DNA of 64,000 nt from Candidatus Uhrbacteria bacterium (GTDB lineage Bacteria; Patescibacteriota; Patescibacteriia; UBA9934; GWF2-40-263), in assembly GCA_016205975.1 (NCBI GenBank), contig JACQSK010000005.1, positions 13,362-77,361 of the forward strand. Reading direction: 5' to 3'. Position numbers and translations under genes: made by a program. Positions within the stretch are counted from its first letter, which is position 1. Each line of letters opens with the position of its first letter. Below the pieces are notes generated by a model. It was given only the letters and a program-made list of their open reading frames with translations, was not told where the DNA came from and did not search any database. Shown one piece after another: positions 48,060 through 57,537 of this stretch.

Positions 48060-49160
48060 ATGAAACTGGCTCTTGTCCATGATTATTTGATCCAAGACGG
48101 CGGGGCGGAAAAGGTGGTAGACGTCATGCATGGCCTGTGGCCAGACGCGCCGCTGTATACGCTCCTGTTCGATCCCAAATCCCTTCCTGCATTTGCGGGG
48201 AGGGATATTCGTACATCATTCTTGTCGCGCCTCCCGTTTGGTCGGCGCAAGTACCAGTGGTACTTGCCGCTCATGCCCACCGCGACCGAGCTCTATGATC
48301 TGTCTGACTACGACGTCGTGCTTTCCTCGACGAGCGCGTTTGCCAAAGGCGTACTCACACGCGAGAACGCTCTGCACATCTGCTACTGCCACACGCCCAC
48401 GCGCTATCTCTGGAGCGACACGCATAGCTATGTGGAGGAGCTGCGCGTGCCGAGGTTTGTGAAGGCGATGCTTCCCAGTGTCCTCTCGCGGCTGCGGTTG
48501 TGGGACAAGGCGGCGGCCGACCGTGTGGACGTGTTTGTCGCCAACTCCAAAACCGTGAAAGCACGCATCCAAAAATATTATCGCCGCGACGCGACCGTAA
48601 TCCACCCGCCCGTGGACACGCGCCGCTTCGCTATTTCGAGCGAACCAAAAACCTATTTCCTCACCGGCGGCCGCCTAGTCGCCTACAAGCGCTACGACCT
48701 GGTGATCAAAGCCGCCAACCGCGTCGGCCTTCCGCTAAAAGTTTTCGGTGCAGGACCTATCGAAGCGGACCTCAAACGGATGGCCAACCCACACATCGAG
48801 TTTCTGGGTCGCGTGGGAGAAGCAGAGCAGGCACGCCTCTACGCGAACGCAATCGCGTTCATCCATCCGCAGGAAGAAGACTTCGGCATCACGCCCGTGG
48901 AGTCTATGGCGAGCGGCCGGCCGGTGATCGCGTACAAAAAAGGCGGCGCGACCGAAACCGTGGTCTCCGGGCTCTCGGGCGAGTTTTTCCACGAACAAAT
49001 CTGGGAGGAGCTCGCCGACCTCATGCTGCGCTTTGATGAACGGCGCTACAACCCCGCGGCCATCAAGGCCCACGCAGAACATTTTTCGCGCGAGCGGTTC
49101 GAACGCGAGATGCGCGCGTTCGTGATGGCACAGTGGGAGGCTCACCAAAGCCGCCTATGA
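48060..49160 (+). CDS. glycosyltransferase family 4
   Basis: MKLALVHDYLIQDGGAEKVV N-terminus and C-terminal GT4 motif (DFGITPVESMASGRPVIAYKKGG). Track start 47922 extends over the DGR target gene; ATG 48060 with AGGATGG RBS is preferred. Confidence 0.8.
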   Translation: MKLALVHDYLIQDGGAEKVVDVMHGLWPDAPLYTLLFDPKSLPAFAGRDIRTSFLSRLPFGRRKYQWYLPLMPTATELYDLSDYDVVLSSTSAFAKGVLTRENALHICYCHTPTRYLWSDTHSYVEELRVPRFVKAMLPSVLSRLRLWDKAAADRVDVFVANSKTVKARIQKYYRRDATVIHPPVDTRRFAISSEPKTYFLTGGRLVAYKRYDLVIKAANRVGLPLKVFGAGPIEADLKRMANPHIEFLGRVGEAEQARLYANAIAFIHPQEEDFGITPVESMASGRPVIAYKKGGATETVVSGLSGEFFHEQIWEELADLMLRFDERRYNPAAIKAHAEHFSRERFEREMRAFVMAQWEAHQSRL

Positions 49161-50269
49161 GAATTCTCGTCGATATCCGCCACCTCTCAGCGCCTCACCT
49201 CACGGGCGTGGGGCAGTACACGACGCAGCTCCTGCGCGCGTTGTTTGAGATCGACCATGAAAACGAGTATGTGCTCTTTTCCAGCGGCGGCCGCAGACCC
49301 GAGCTCTCAACCGCCCACCTCTCCACTTCCAACAAACTCTTAAACGTGCGGACGCTCCTGTTGCGCCACCCGGCCATCAACTGGCATATCCGCGAGCCTA
49401 TCGATCTCATCTTCCTCCCCAACGTAAACATCACGACTCTGCCCCAAGACATCCCGACCGTGCTCACGCTCCACGACCTCTCATGGATCCTCTATCCAGA
49501 GTTCTACTCGCTCAAGATGCGCGCCTGGCACGCCGCCGCGCGCGTCCCAGAACTCGTAGGTCAAAGCCGCGCGATCATCACACCCTCTGCACGCACCAAG
49601 CAGGACGCCTGCCGTTTATTCGCCACGGCTCCCGAGCGCATCCATGTCGTGCCCCACGGGGTGTCGCCTACACTCTCTCCAAAGATGGCCGCACAAGATC
49701 ACGGCGTGCGCTCGCGCCTGAAGCTCCCGAAACACTTCGCCCTCTTCGTGGGCACGATTGAGCCGCGCAAAAATCTCCTGGCGCTCGTGGAGGGCGTGAA
49801 AGAATATCGAGAACGCGCGCATGACGACTTGCATCTGGTGCTCGCCGGCCCCTGGGGCTGGAGGTCCCACGCCCTGCGCCGGCGGCTCTGGAAGCGCGAC
49901 ACCCAAGGCTGGGTGCACCAGATCGGGTATGTGAACGAGAGCGACCTCCCCGCCCTGTACCGCTCTGCCAAGGTTACGGTTTGGCCGTCGATTTACGAGG
50001 GGTTCGGGTTGCCTGTGTTAGAGTCCATGGCCTCAGGTACGCCAGTCATCACCTCTCACACATCCTCTCTCCCCGAGGTCGCAGACGACGCCGCGATCTA
50101 TATCGATCCCTACAACAGCCGCGACATCACCGAGGCCCTGCGCGGACTTCTCGGATCAACAAGCCTGCACTCCCTGCTCGCTCACAGGGGCCTCGAGCGG
50201 GCCAAAGGATTTACCTGGCAGACCGCGGCACGTCAGACGCTTGAGGTGTTTCTTCAGGCCGCCTCGTAG
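49157..50269 (+). CDS. glycosyltransferase family 4
   Basis: EGFGLPVLESMASGTPVITSHTSSLPEV; start overlaps upstream stop (ATGA). Confidence 0.8.
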   Translation: MRILVDIRHLSAPHLTGVGQYTTQLLRALFEIDHENEYVLFSSGGRRPELSTAHLSTSNKLLNVRTLLLRHPAINWHIREPIDLIFLPNVNITTLPQDIPTVLTLHDLSWILYPEFYSLKMRAWHAAARVPELVGQSRAIITPSARTKQDACRLFATAPERIHVVPHGVSPTLSPKMAAQDHGVRSRLKLPKHFALFVGTIEPRKNLLALVEGVKEYRERAHDDLHLVLAGPWGWRSHALRRRLWKRDTQGWVHQIGYVNESDLPALYRSAKVTVWPSIYEGFGLPVLESMASGTPVITSHTSSLPEVADDAAIYIDPYNSRDITEALRGLLGSTSLHSLLAHRGLERAKGFTWQTAARQTLEVFLQAAS

Positions 50270-50364
50270 CCAAACGAACATGCGCCTCGGCGACAAGCGC
50301 CCGACGGCAATGGCCCTGTGCATATCCTGCGAACAAACGCAGGATCTTTTGCTATAATTGCCTC

Positions 50365-51474
50365 ATGCAAGTGGGAATTGATGCCAGGATGTTTGGACCA
50401 GCCATGGGTGGGGGCGGTCTTGGGCGATATGTTGAAGAGCTCGTGCGCGAGCTCGGCACACTCGCAGACAAGCACCGCTTTGTTTTGTTCTTGAAGGAAA
50501 GGGCGCAAAGGGGCGCAAAGGGGACAAAGGTTGAGGAGAGGATTACGGATGTGCATTGGTACACGCTCAAGGAGCAGCTTGTCATGGGACGCCTGATCGA
50601 TCGTGAGCGCCTCGACCTCGTGCACTTCCCGCACTGGAACGTGCCTGTGTTCCTGCGAACACCATTTGTCGTCACCATCCATGACCTCATCTTGCTTGAG
50701 GAGCCTCGCTCCGCGCGCGCGACCACGCGACACCCATTCATCTACGCGATCAAGTACGCCGGCTACAAATGGATCCTCAAAAACGCTCTCACCAAATCCC
50801 GCGCCATCATCGCGGTCTCGCAGTACACCAAGTCTTCGATTCTAAAATACTTTCCTGAGATTCCTGAAAACAAAATCCACGTCATCTACGAAGGCCTCAC
50901 GACCTTCCCACCTTCCCCTCCTCGACCTTCTCTCCCTCCTCACCCAACCATCCTGTACGTCGGCAATGCCTATCCGCACAAGAACCTCGAGGTGCTCCTG
51001 CGCGCCTTCACCCTGTTTCATGAGTCACACCCTGAGGTTCATCTCGTCCTTGCCGGACGCAGCGACGTCTTTTACGAGCGTCTGAGGAAGGAAGCCGCCC
51101 GTCTAAACCTCGAAAACTGCGTCGACTTCATCCAAAACCCAACAGACCAAACACTCTCCCAGCTCTACCGCGATGCCTCCCTCTTTGTCTTCCCTTCCCG
51201 CTGCGAAGGTTTTGGCCTGCCGCCCTTGGAGGCAATGGCGTGCGGGCTTCCCGTCGCGGCTGCGAGCGCCGGTTCCCTGACAGAGGTCTTGGGCGATGCG
51301 GCCGCCTTCTTCCCTCCCGATGATGTGCCAGAGATAGCACGCGTGATGGCACGCGTGTACGACGATCCGGTGCAGCAACAATCCCTCAAAGAAAAAGGAC
51401 TCGAACGCGTCCGGCGCTACTCCTGGCGCCGCATGGCAGAACAGACGCTTCGCATCTACGAATCGTGTGCCTAA
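50365..51474 (+). CDS. glycosyltransferase family 4 (with decamer-repeat-encoded insertion KERAQRGAKGTKVEE)
   Basis: EGFGLPPLEAMACGLPVAAASAGSLTEV. Confidence 0.8.
   Translation: MQVGIDARMFGPAMGGGGLGRYVEELVRELGTLADKHRFVLFLKERAQRGAKGTKVEERITDVHWYTLKEQLVMGRLIDRERLDLVHFPHWNVPVFLRTPFVVTIHDLILLEEPRSARATTRHPFIYAIKYAGYKWILKNALTKSRAIIAVSQYTKSSILKYFPEIPENKIHVIYEGLTTFPPSPPRPSLPPHPTILYVGNAYPHKNLEVLLRAFTLFHESHPEVHLVLAGRSDVFYERLRKEAARLNLENCVDFIQNPTDQTLSQLYRDASLFVFPSRCEGFGLPPLEAMACGLPVAAASAGSLTEVLGDAAAFFPPDDVPEIARVMARVYDDPVQQQSLKEKGLERVRRYSWRRMAEQTLRIYESCA
50498..50530 (+). repeat. tandem decamer repeat GGGCGCAAAG GGGCGCAAAG GGGACAAAGG inside GT4 CDS
   Basis: Same unit family as 33882-33944 and 37688-37731. 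Confidence 0.8.
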
Positions 51475-54103
51475 AAAGAAACCCGCCACAAAACGCCCAG
51501 CAAAAAAACCCGCCGTCGCGCGCAAGAGGAAGACGCCGGTTTCGCGCACTCGCAAAAGTGCCAAGAGCGTATCTGTGCATCCCTATCATCTCCCCACGCA
51601 TCCAAAAATCGAACGCCCGCTTACGCACGCGACCTCTCCTTTTATCCTGTCTCTCAAACCAACAGCCTGCGAAGCGCATCTTGAAGAGGCACGGCGCGTT
51701 CATGTGAACCTGCTCATGCGCTCTGCTCCTTGTCTTGATAAAACCCCAGACCTCTCAGGCGATCTTGCCCTCACACACGCAGAGCTTGCCGACCAGTTCG
51801 CAGAAGAAATCCTGCACGCGCATGGCTCGCGCCCCTTCACCCTGCCTCTGCCGCGCCTGCATCCCGAGGCGGTTTCCTTTTCTTGGCTGTGCGGCACGAG
51901 CCCGCAGTCCTGCGCCCTCACGTCCGCCGCGCGCGCGACGCTCTCCTGGGAATCCTTTCTCCCCACGGCGCCTCCTGAAGATATCTTTTCCTTTTTCGAC
52001 TTCCCCGAGGAAGATGGGGCCCCGGAAGCCGATCTCGTAGACCTCGACGAAATCGAAACATCAGGGTCCCCGTCGGCGACGCAAACCAAACGAACCTGGC
52101 GCCGCGCGTTCGCTTCCCTGCGCATGCCCACCATCCGTTTTGAACCTTCCTGGCAGAAGGCTGTGGCGTCGTTTGTCGCGTTCTCGTTCGTCTTCGTCCT
52201 GCCCTTGCATGCCATGAACGTCGTCCAAGACCTGCGTGCAACCAAAACAGAACTGGAACAGACGGGAACCGAGGCGGCGACCCTCTTGTCAGACGCCGCG
52301 CGCTTGGCGATGGCGCGGGACGGGGAAAACGCTCAAGCGCAATTCATCCTCTCGAGTGATCGGTTTGCCGCGGCCAGGGAAACCTTGGCTGATCTGGGAG
52401 CGGGTACGCGCCTGCTCTTGGCGGTCCTCCCCTTCACCCAATCAAGCTACAAAACAGGCGAGGCGCTGGTGCGCTCTGGCGAAGAGCTCGCGATCGCCGG
52501 CGCGCGGCTCTCAGAAGGCTACACCGCGATCGAACAGGAAATCTCCCCCACGCCCATCTCACGCCTGAACCTCCTGCATGCCTATGCGGGATCCGTCCTG
52601 CCTCACCTAGAAGCGGCGCAGGAAGCGCTCGCACAGGTTGATCCTCAAGCGGTTCCTGAGGACAGGGCCGCAGACGTACTCACGCTCACGGAAAGCGTGC
52701 CCAAGCTGATCGCGACCATCGAGGCTTTCGAGTCTTTCTATGCCATGGCGGGCGACCTCTTAGGTGCCTCGGGGAGCAAACGTTACTTAATCGTCTTTCA
52801 AAATAACACCGAGCTGCGCCCCACCGGGGGATTCATCGGGAGCTTTGCCGAAATCAAAGTCCGCGACGGCGTGATCGAACACATGGATGTCCCCGGCGGC
52901 GGTTCGTATGACCTGCAAGGAACCCTGCAGGAAAACCTCATGGCGCCGGAGCCGCTGCAACTTCTGAAAGCGCGGTGGGAGTTTCAAGACGGCAACTGGT
53001 TCCCCGACTTCCCCACGAGTGCCAGGCAGCTGATCCAATTTTACCGCGACGCGGGCGGCCCCAGCGTGGATGGCGTCTTAGCTGTGAACGCGACGTTCGT
53101 GGCAGACTTGATCGGGCTCTTGGGCCCCATCGACATGCCTGACTACGGACGCACGATTACGCAGGAAAACTTTATCTTCGAAGCCCAACGCGTGGTCGAA
53201 CTGGAATATGACCGCGCGCTCAATCGCCCTAAGGCGTTCATCGGGGACCTGGCGCCCCTCCTCATGGACCGCGCCGCTCAGAAAACATCCGAGGACTTCC
53301 TTTCCTCGCTGGACTTTGTAAGTGAAGGTCTCGCCCAGAAAGATCTCCAACTCTATCTGACCGATGAAGCCTCCCAGCGCGAAGGGCTCGCGCGCGGCTG
53401 GGGCGGAGAAATCAAACAGACGGACGGCGACTACCTGATGGTAGTAGATACGAACTTGGGCGGCGGTAAAACCGATGGCGTCATCCAGGAAACGATCGAC
53501 CTGACGGTCAGGGTCCAAGAGGACGGCACGATTGTGAACACGGCGACGATCTCCCGCACGCACTTGGGAATCCCTGGGCTCCTCTTCACGGGCGTCAACA
53601 ACGTCGACTACCTGCGCGTGTACGTTCCCAAAGGATCACAGCTCCTCGACTCAGAAGGCTTCAGCCCGCCGGACGCATCCTTGTTTGAACGGCCGCCGGA
53701 AGACTGGGACGTGGATGACGACCTGGCCTACGCGGTCCTCACGCAAACCGTGGATCCCGAGAGTGGCACCGTCATCACGCAAGAGCACGGCAAAACCGTT
53801 TTCGGAAATTGGGTGCAGACGCGCCCCGGCTCCACCTCCACCGTCACCTTCTCCTACCAGCTCCCCTTCACGGTTGATAGGCTCTCCGCGCAACGAATCG
53901 GAGCTTCGTTCAAATCACTCATGGGCCTTCCCCAGATGTACGACTACACGCTCCAAGTCCAAAAACAGTCCGGCGTCATCGATCGCACCACCCGCGTGAA
54001 CATGGAGACGCCACAGGGAACCAACGTCCTGTGGACCTCAGACGATGCGCCCATGAACAACGACACGGACCGCCTCTTTGCCGCTCTGCTTGAAATCCTA
54101 TGA
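51467..54103 (+). CDS. DUF4012-like membrane-anchored extracytoplasmic protein
   Basis: NNTELRPTGGFIGSFAEIKVRDGVIEHMDVPGGGSYDL matches the DUF4012 signature. TM segment near aa 230; long basic/acidic disordered N-terminus. GTG start overlaps the upstream stop; start uncertain. Confidence 0.65.
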   Translation: MPKKKPATKRPAKKPAVARKRKTPVSRTRKSAKSVSVHPYHLPTHPKIERPLTHATSPFILSLKPTACEAHLEEARRVHVNLLMRSAPCLDKTPDLSGDLALTHAELADQFAEEILHAHGSRPFTLPLPRLHPEAVSFSWLCGTSPQSCALTSAARATLSWESFLPTAPPEDIFSFFDFPEEDGAPEADLVDLDEIETSGSPSATQTKRTWRRAFASLRMPTIRFEPSWQKAVASFVAFSFVFVLPLHAMNVVQDLRATKTELEQTGTEAATLLSDAARLAMARDGENAQAQFILSSDRFAAARETLADLGAGTRLLLAVLPFTQSSYKTGEALVRSGEELAIAGARLSEGYTAIEQEISPTPISRLNLLHAYAGSVLPHLEAAQEALAQVDPQAVPEDRAADVLTLTESVPKLIATIEAFESFYAMAGDLLGASGSKRYLIVFQNNTELRPTGGFIGSFAEIKVRDGVIEHMDVPGGGSYDLQGTLQENLMAPEPLQLLKARWEFQDGNWFPDFPTSARQLIQFYRDAGGPSVDGVLAVNATFVADLIGLLGPIDMPDYGRTITQENFIFEAQRVVELEYDRALNRPKAFIGDLAPLLMDRAAQKTSEDFLSSLDFVSEGLAQKDLQLYLTDEASQREGLARGWGGEIKQTDGDYLMVVDTNLGGGKTDGVIQETIDLTVRVQEDGTIVNTATISRTHLGIPGLLFTGVNNVDYLRVYVPKGSQLLDSEGFSPPDASLFERPPEDWDVDDDLAYAVLTQTVDPESGTVITQEHGKTVFGNWVQTRPGSTSTVTFSYQLPFTVDRLSAQRIGASFKSLMGLPQMYDYTLQVQKQSGVIDRTTRVNMETPQGTNVLWTSDDAPMNNDTDRLFAALLEIL

Positions 54104-55929
54104 TGCACCGACACAAACGACACTCCTCACGAGAGATCAAACAGGAGCTGCGATCCATCTACACGCGCGACGGCCATGTGCCTGACCTCACGCGGTTGGA
54201 GCGCGGCGCACGCTCCGGTTTCACCGGCGTGCTCGTGAAGATGATCATCGCTTTGGGACTGCTCTCCGCAGTCGCCTGGGGCGGATTTTTTTTGTTCTCG
54301 CAGGGATTTTTCCGCGACAATGAAACGCTTTCCCTCTCCGTTGAGGGCCCAGAGGAGGTGAAATCCGGAGAGCCCGTCAGCTACACCTTCCGCTACGAAA
54401 ATACCGGCTCGGTCCCGATCGCGTCCCTTGTCATGAAACTGAACGTCCCCGATTCCTTCCACATCCTCTCCGCGACCCCGGAGCCAGGGCGAGCCGACGA
54501 GTGGACGATCGGTTCTCTCAGCGCCGGCTCTGACGGCGCGGTGAGCGTGGAAGGCGTCTTCCTCTCAGAGGTCCCGAGCTCTGAGCGCCTGCAAGCGCTC
54601 TTCACCTACAAGCCCGCCAACTTCAGCTCCGACTTCCAGGACATCGCCACGCACAAAGTGGACGTCAACGATTCCGTTGTCGCTCTCTCGCTTACGGGAC
54701 CTGAGAAAGCGCTCTCGGGTGACGTCTCGGAGTTTATCGTCAACGTGCAGAACACGGGGAGTGAGAGCGTGTACAACCTGCGTGTCACGCCCGTGAGGCC
54801 CCAAGACTTCACCCTGTCGGAGTCGGACCCGGCACTCCCAGACGGAGACTCTTTTTGGACGATCCCCGTGCTTGAGCCCGGGGAGCTCAAGGCTATCACC
54901 CTCCGAGGGGCATTCACCTCCACGGCCTCTGGCGAACAGACCCTGGCCGTGACAGTCGGATTTGTCGACGATGAACTCACCCTTGCCCAAGCCACCGAAG
55001 AAGTCGTGACCGACGTCCTGGGAGCAGGCATGGCGTTCTCGATCATTGTGAACGGCTCCAATCAAAACCAAACCGCCGAGCTGGGAGAAACGCTGCGCGC
55101 GTCCGTGGACTTCAAAAATGCCAGTGAAGAGGCCGCGGAAAATCTGTCTTTTGAGATGACGCTCCAAGGCAACGGCGGGAACGTTCCGATTGCCTGGAGC
55201 GGCGCAGACTTGGGGAACGGCTCGCGCAGCGGGAACACGATCACCTGGACGCAAGACGCTATCCCCGCGCTCGCAAGACTTGATCCAGATGAGGAAGGCG
55301 TCATTGACCTCTCTCTCCCCTTGAGCTCAAGCCTTGGCGGCAACGACGCGCAAAGCTTCACGCTCACGGTCACGCTCACACTCCTCAAAGTCGGCAACGT
55401 GTCCGGCACGCGCACGCTTAGTGCAACGCCGATCGTCATCTCGCTCAACTCAGACGTCCGCGTGAACGCACAAGCGCGGTACTATTCGGAAGCGGGCTCG
55501 GCCATCGGCTCGGGCGCGCTGCCGCCGCGCGTGGGAGAGACAACGAGTTACCGCATCTACTGGAATATCGCCAACTCCCTGCACGCGCTCACGGGCCTCA
55601 AGATGTCCACGACTCTCCCCCAAGACGTCACCTGGCTTGAGCGCACCGACACGGACATTGGCACGGTGAGCTACAACGCGACCACCAGACTCGTGACCTG
55701 GACGGCCAGCAAGCTCCCCGTGGAGGTCGAACATGCCGGCGCGTGGTTTGATGTTGCGATCCATCCGGACGAGTCGGACATAGGGCGGTTCATGAAGCTC
55801 ACCAGCCCCACGAGCTTTGAAGCCAAGGACACAACCACAAACGAAACCCTGAACGAGTCGCTCGACGCGCTCACGACGGAACTTCCTGAGGATGCGTTTG
55901 CCAAAGGCGAAGGCGTCGTCATTAAATAA
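54100..55929 (+). CDS. membrane-anchored surface protein with DUF11/CARDB-like repeats
   Basis: N-terminal TM (MIIALGLLSAVAWGGFFLF) followed by repeated ~100-aa modules (…GEPVSYTFRYENTGSVPIASLVMKLNVP…, …VSEFIVNVQNTGSESVYNLRVTPV…). Confidence 0.6.
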   Translation: MMHRHKRHSSREIKQELRSIYTRDGHVPDLTRLERGARSGFTGVLVKMIIALGLLSAVAWGGFFLFSQGFFRDNETLSLSVEGPEEVKSGEPVSYTFRYENTGSVPIASLVMKLNVPDSFHILSATPEPGRADEWTIGSLSAGSDGAVSVEGVFLSEVPSSERLQALFTYKPANFSSDFQDIATHKVDVNDSVVALSLTGPEKALSGDVSEFIVNVQNTGSESVYNLRVTPVRPQDFTLSESDPALPDGDSFWTIPVLEPGELKAITLRGAFTSTASGEQTLAVTVGFVDDELTLAQATEEVVTDVLGAGMAFSIIVNGSNQNQTAELGETLRASVDFKNASEEAAENLSFEMTLQGNGGNVPIAWSGADLGNGSRSGNTITWTQDAIPALARLDPDEEGVIDLSLPLSSSLGGNDAQSFTLTVTLTLLKVGNVSGTRTLSATPIVISLNSDVRVNAQARYYSEAGSAIGSGALPPRVGETTSYRIYWNIANSLHALTGLKMSTTLPQDVTWLERTDTDIGTVSYNATTRLVTWTASKLPVEVEHAGAWFDVAIHPDESDIGRFMKLTSPTSFEAKDTTTNETLNESLDALTTELPEDAFAKGEGVVIK

Positions 55930-56158
55930 AAGGACCCCGCCCGATCGCTTGCGGGCGTTCAGGCGGGGTGGCCGGAAGTTTGGGACTCCCGGAAGTAGGG
56001 ATGTAGTCACTAGAAGAACCCGGAAGGAAACAAACCTCCCATGGGCTACCTCCTTCTTGTGTCTGAGGGGGACAGCGAGGACTCCACGGAATCGGCGAGC
56101 AGGGCGCCGCGCCCATTCCAGCCCACGCGTGCGTGGACCAGGATGCGGGCAAGGTATC

Positions 56159-56220
56159 AAAAAACAGCGATTTGGTCAAGGCTTTATGGCACATTCCTTG
56201 ACGAATCGCTGTTTTTTTGA
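56159..56220 (+). promoter_or_regulatory. nested perfect palindrome (15-bp outer arms CAAAAAACAGCGATT/AATCGCTGTTTTTTTG enclosing GTCAAGG/CCTTGAC) overlapping a TTGACG-N17-TAGCCT promoter
   Basis: Read directly from the sequence; lies ~35 nt upstream of ORF 56254. Confidence 0.4.
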
Positions 56221-56253
56221 TAGCCTTCCACCCTGGAGGTAAGCGTGGAACCA

Positions 56254-56676
56254 ATGCCAGAAACGCTCATCAAGGCCATTGATCGTCATGCCCCAAAGGG
56301 CTGGAGGCGCCTCGCGTGTCCGGACCCCAAGCTCGTGGTCCTGCCAGAGCTCAAGCGCTTCGCCCTCTCCTCGAGTGCGTTCGCCTCAGGCCACCTGTGG
56401 AACGACGCCTGGGCCGACCCCGACGTCGGCTTCCCGGTCACGGGCGACCGCGCGAGCGTGAAGAGCTTCGCCACCGCGCATCCGCAAGCGGATGGCATCG
56501 TGCACTTCGGGCCAGGCTTCCTGGACGAGGTGGGGCGAATGACGCAGATGCAGGACGTGCCCGACTACTTGGCGGGCATCGTCGCGGCCATCAGGCAGGG
56601 AGCCGATGACGCCTTCCTGCACGGCCGTCTCTTCGTGGATGGCGGCACCGTGCGCCTGCGCCTCATCGCCGCCTAG
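56254..56676 (+). CDS. hypothetical protein (140 aa)
   Basis: GGAGGT RBS ~13 nt upstream of ATG 56254; protein-like composition; no family recognised. Confidence 0.4.
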   Translation: MPETLIKAIDRHAPKGWRRLACPDPKLVVLPELKRFALSSSAFASGHLWNDAWADPDVGFPVTGDRASVKSFATAHPQADGIVHFGPGFLDEVGRMTQMQDVPDYLAGIVAAIRQGADDAFLHGRLFVDGGTVRLRLIAA

Positions 56677-56764
56677 CTCCGCTGCTGCCCCGAACCTCAT
56701 GCGGTTCGGGGCTTTTCTTTTATTCCAAAAACGATCTCGTGTGAGATCGCTTTTTATTTCTCTC

Positions 56765-56841
56765 TGGTGATCCTGGCGGGATTTGAACCCACAACCTTCT
56801 CCTTCGGAGGGAGACGCTCTATCCAGTTGAGCTACAGGATC
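56765..56841 (-). tRNA. tRNA-Arg (anticodon CCG), CCA encoded
   Basis: Acceptor GATCCTG/CAGGATC, anticodon stem TCTCC/GGAGA loop CTCCGAA, T arm GTGGG-TTCAAAT-CCCGC. Confidence 0.9.
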
Positions 56842-56854
56842 ATGAGCGCACACC

Positions 56855-57523
56855 CTACCAAGGGACACGCTGCCCGGCAAACCAGAATCCACCGGTCGCG
56901 GGGCGTGACATGGCGACCCCGTAGATCCCCTCTGCCGCCTGCTCAGGCGTGAGATCCGCGTCCTGCCCGCCCATATCCGTCTTCACCCATCCGGGATGGA
57001 CGCTTGAGACAGTCACGGCAGGAGCCAGACGTTTCGCGAGCGTAGCCGTATACATGTTGAGTGCGGCTTTGGATATTTTGTAGGCAGGATAGCGGCCTTC
57101 AAAATGGCTGGCGTGCTCTCCCGTGAGCGCGAGCGAGCCGGCGGTCGAGGAGATGTTCACGATGTGGCCGCCTTCCTTCATGAGGGGAATCAGGCGCTCC
57201 GTGAAATCAACCACGCCGACCAGATTCACTTCCAACGTCTGTCGAAGTTTCTCCGGAACCGTAGCAACCTCGTCCTCGTCCAAGAGCACACCAGCGCAGT
57301 TTACGAGAACGTCGAGCGTCCGACCGAAGTTCGTGATCGCCTGAACGCAGGAGGCGATGGAGGCGCTCGAGGAGAGGTCCAGAGAAAAATCCTTCAAGGA
57401 CTCCTGCGGCTCAGGCCGTCCGGTTAAAAAAGTCCCGATGACGAAAAAACCTTCTTGGAGAAACTTCTGCGCGAGAGCCTTGCCGATGCCTTTTCCCACG
57501 CCGGTAATGAGGACCGCTTGCAT
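56855..57523 (-). CDS. short-chain dehydrogenase/reductase (SDR)
   Basis: MQAVLITGVGKGIGKALAQKF; 222 aa. Confidence 0.8.
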   Translation of the reverse strand: MQAVLITGVGKGIGKALAQKFLQEGFFVIGTFLTGRPEPQESLKDFSLDLSSSASIASCVQAITNFGRTLDVLVNCAGVLLDEDEVATVPEKLRQTLEVNLVGVVDFTERLIPLMKEGGHIVNISSTAGSLALTGEHASHFEGRYPAYKISKAALNMYTATLAKRLAPAVTVSSVHPGWVKTDMGGQDADLTPEQAAEGIYGVAMSRPATGGFWFAGQRVPW

Positions 57524-57537
57524 AGCGATTGGTGCGT

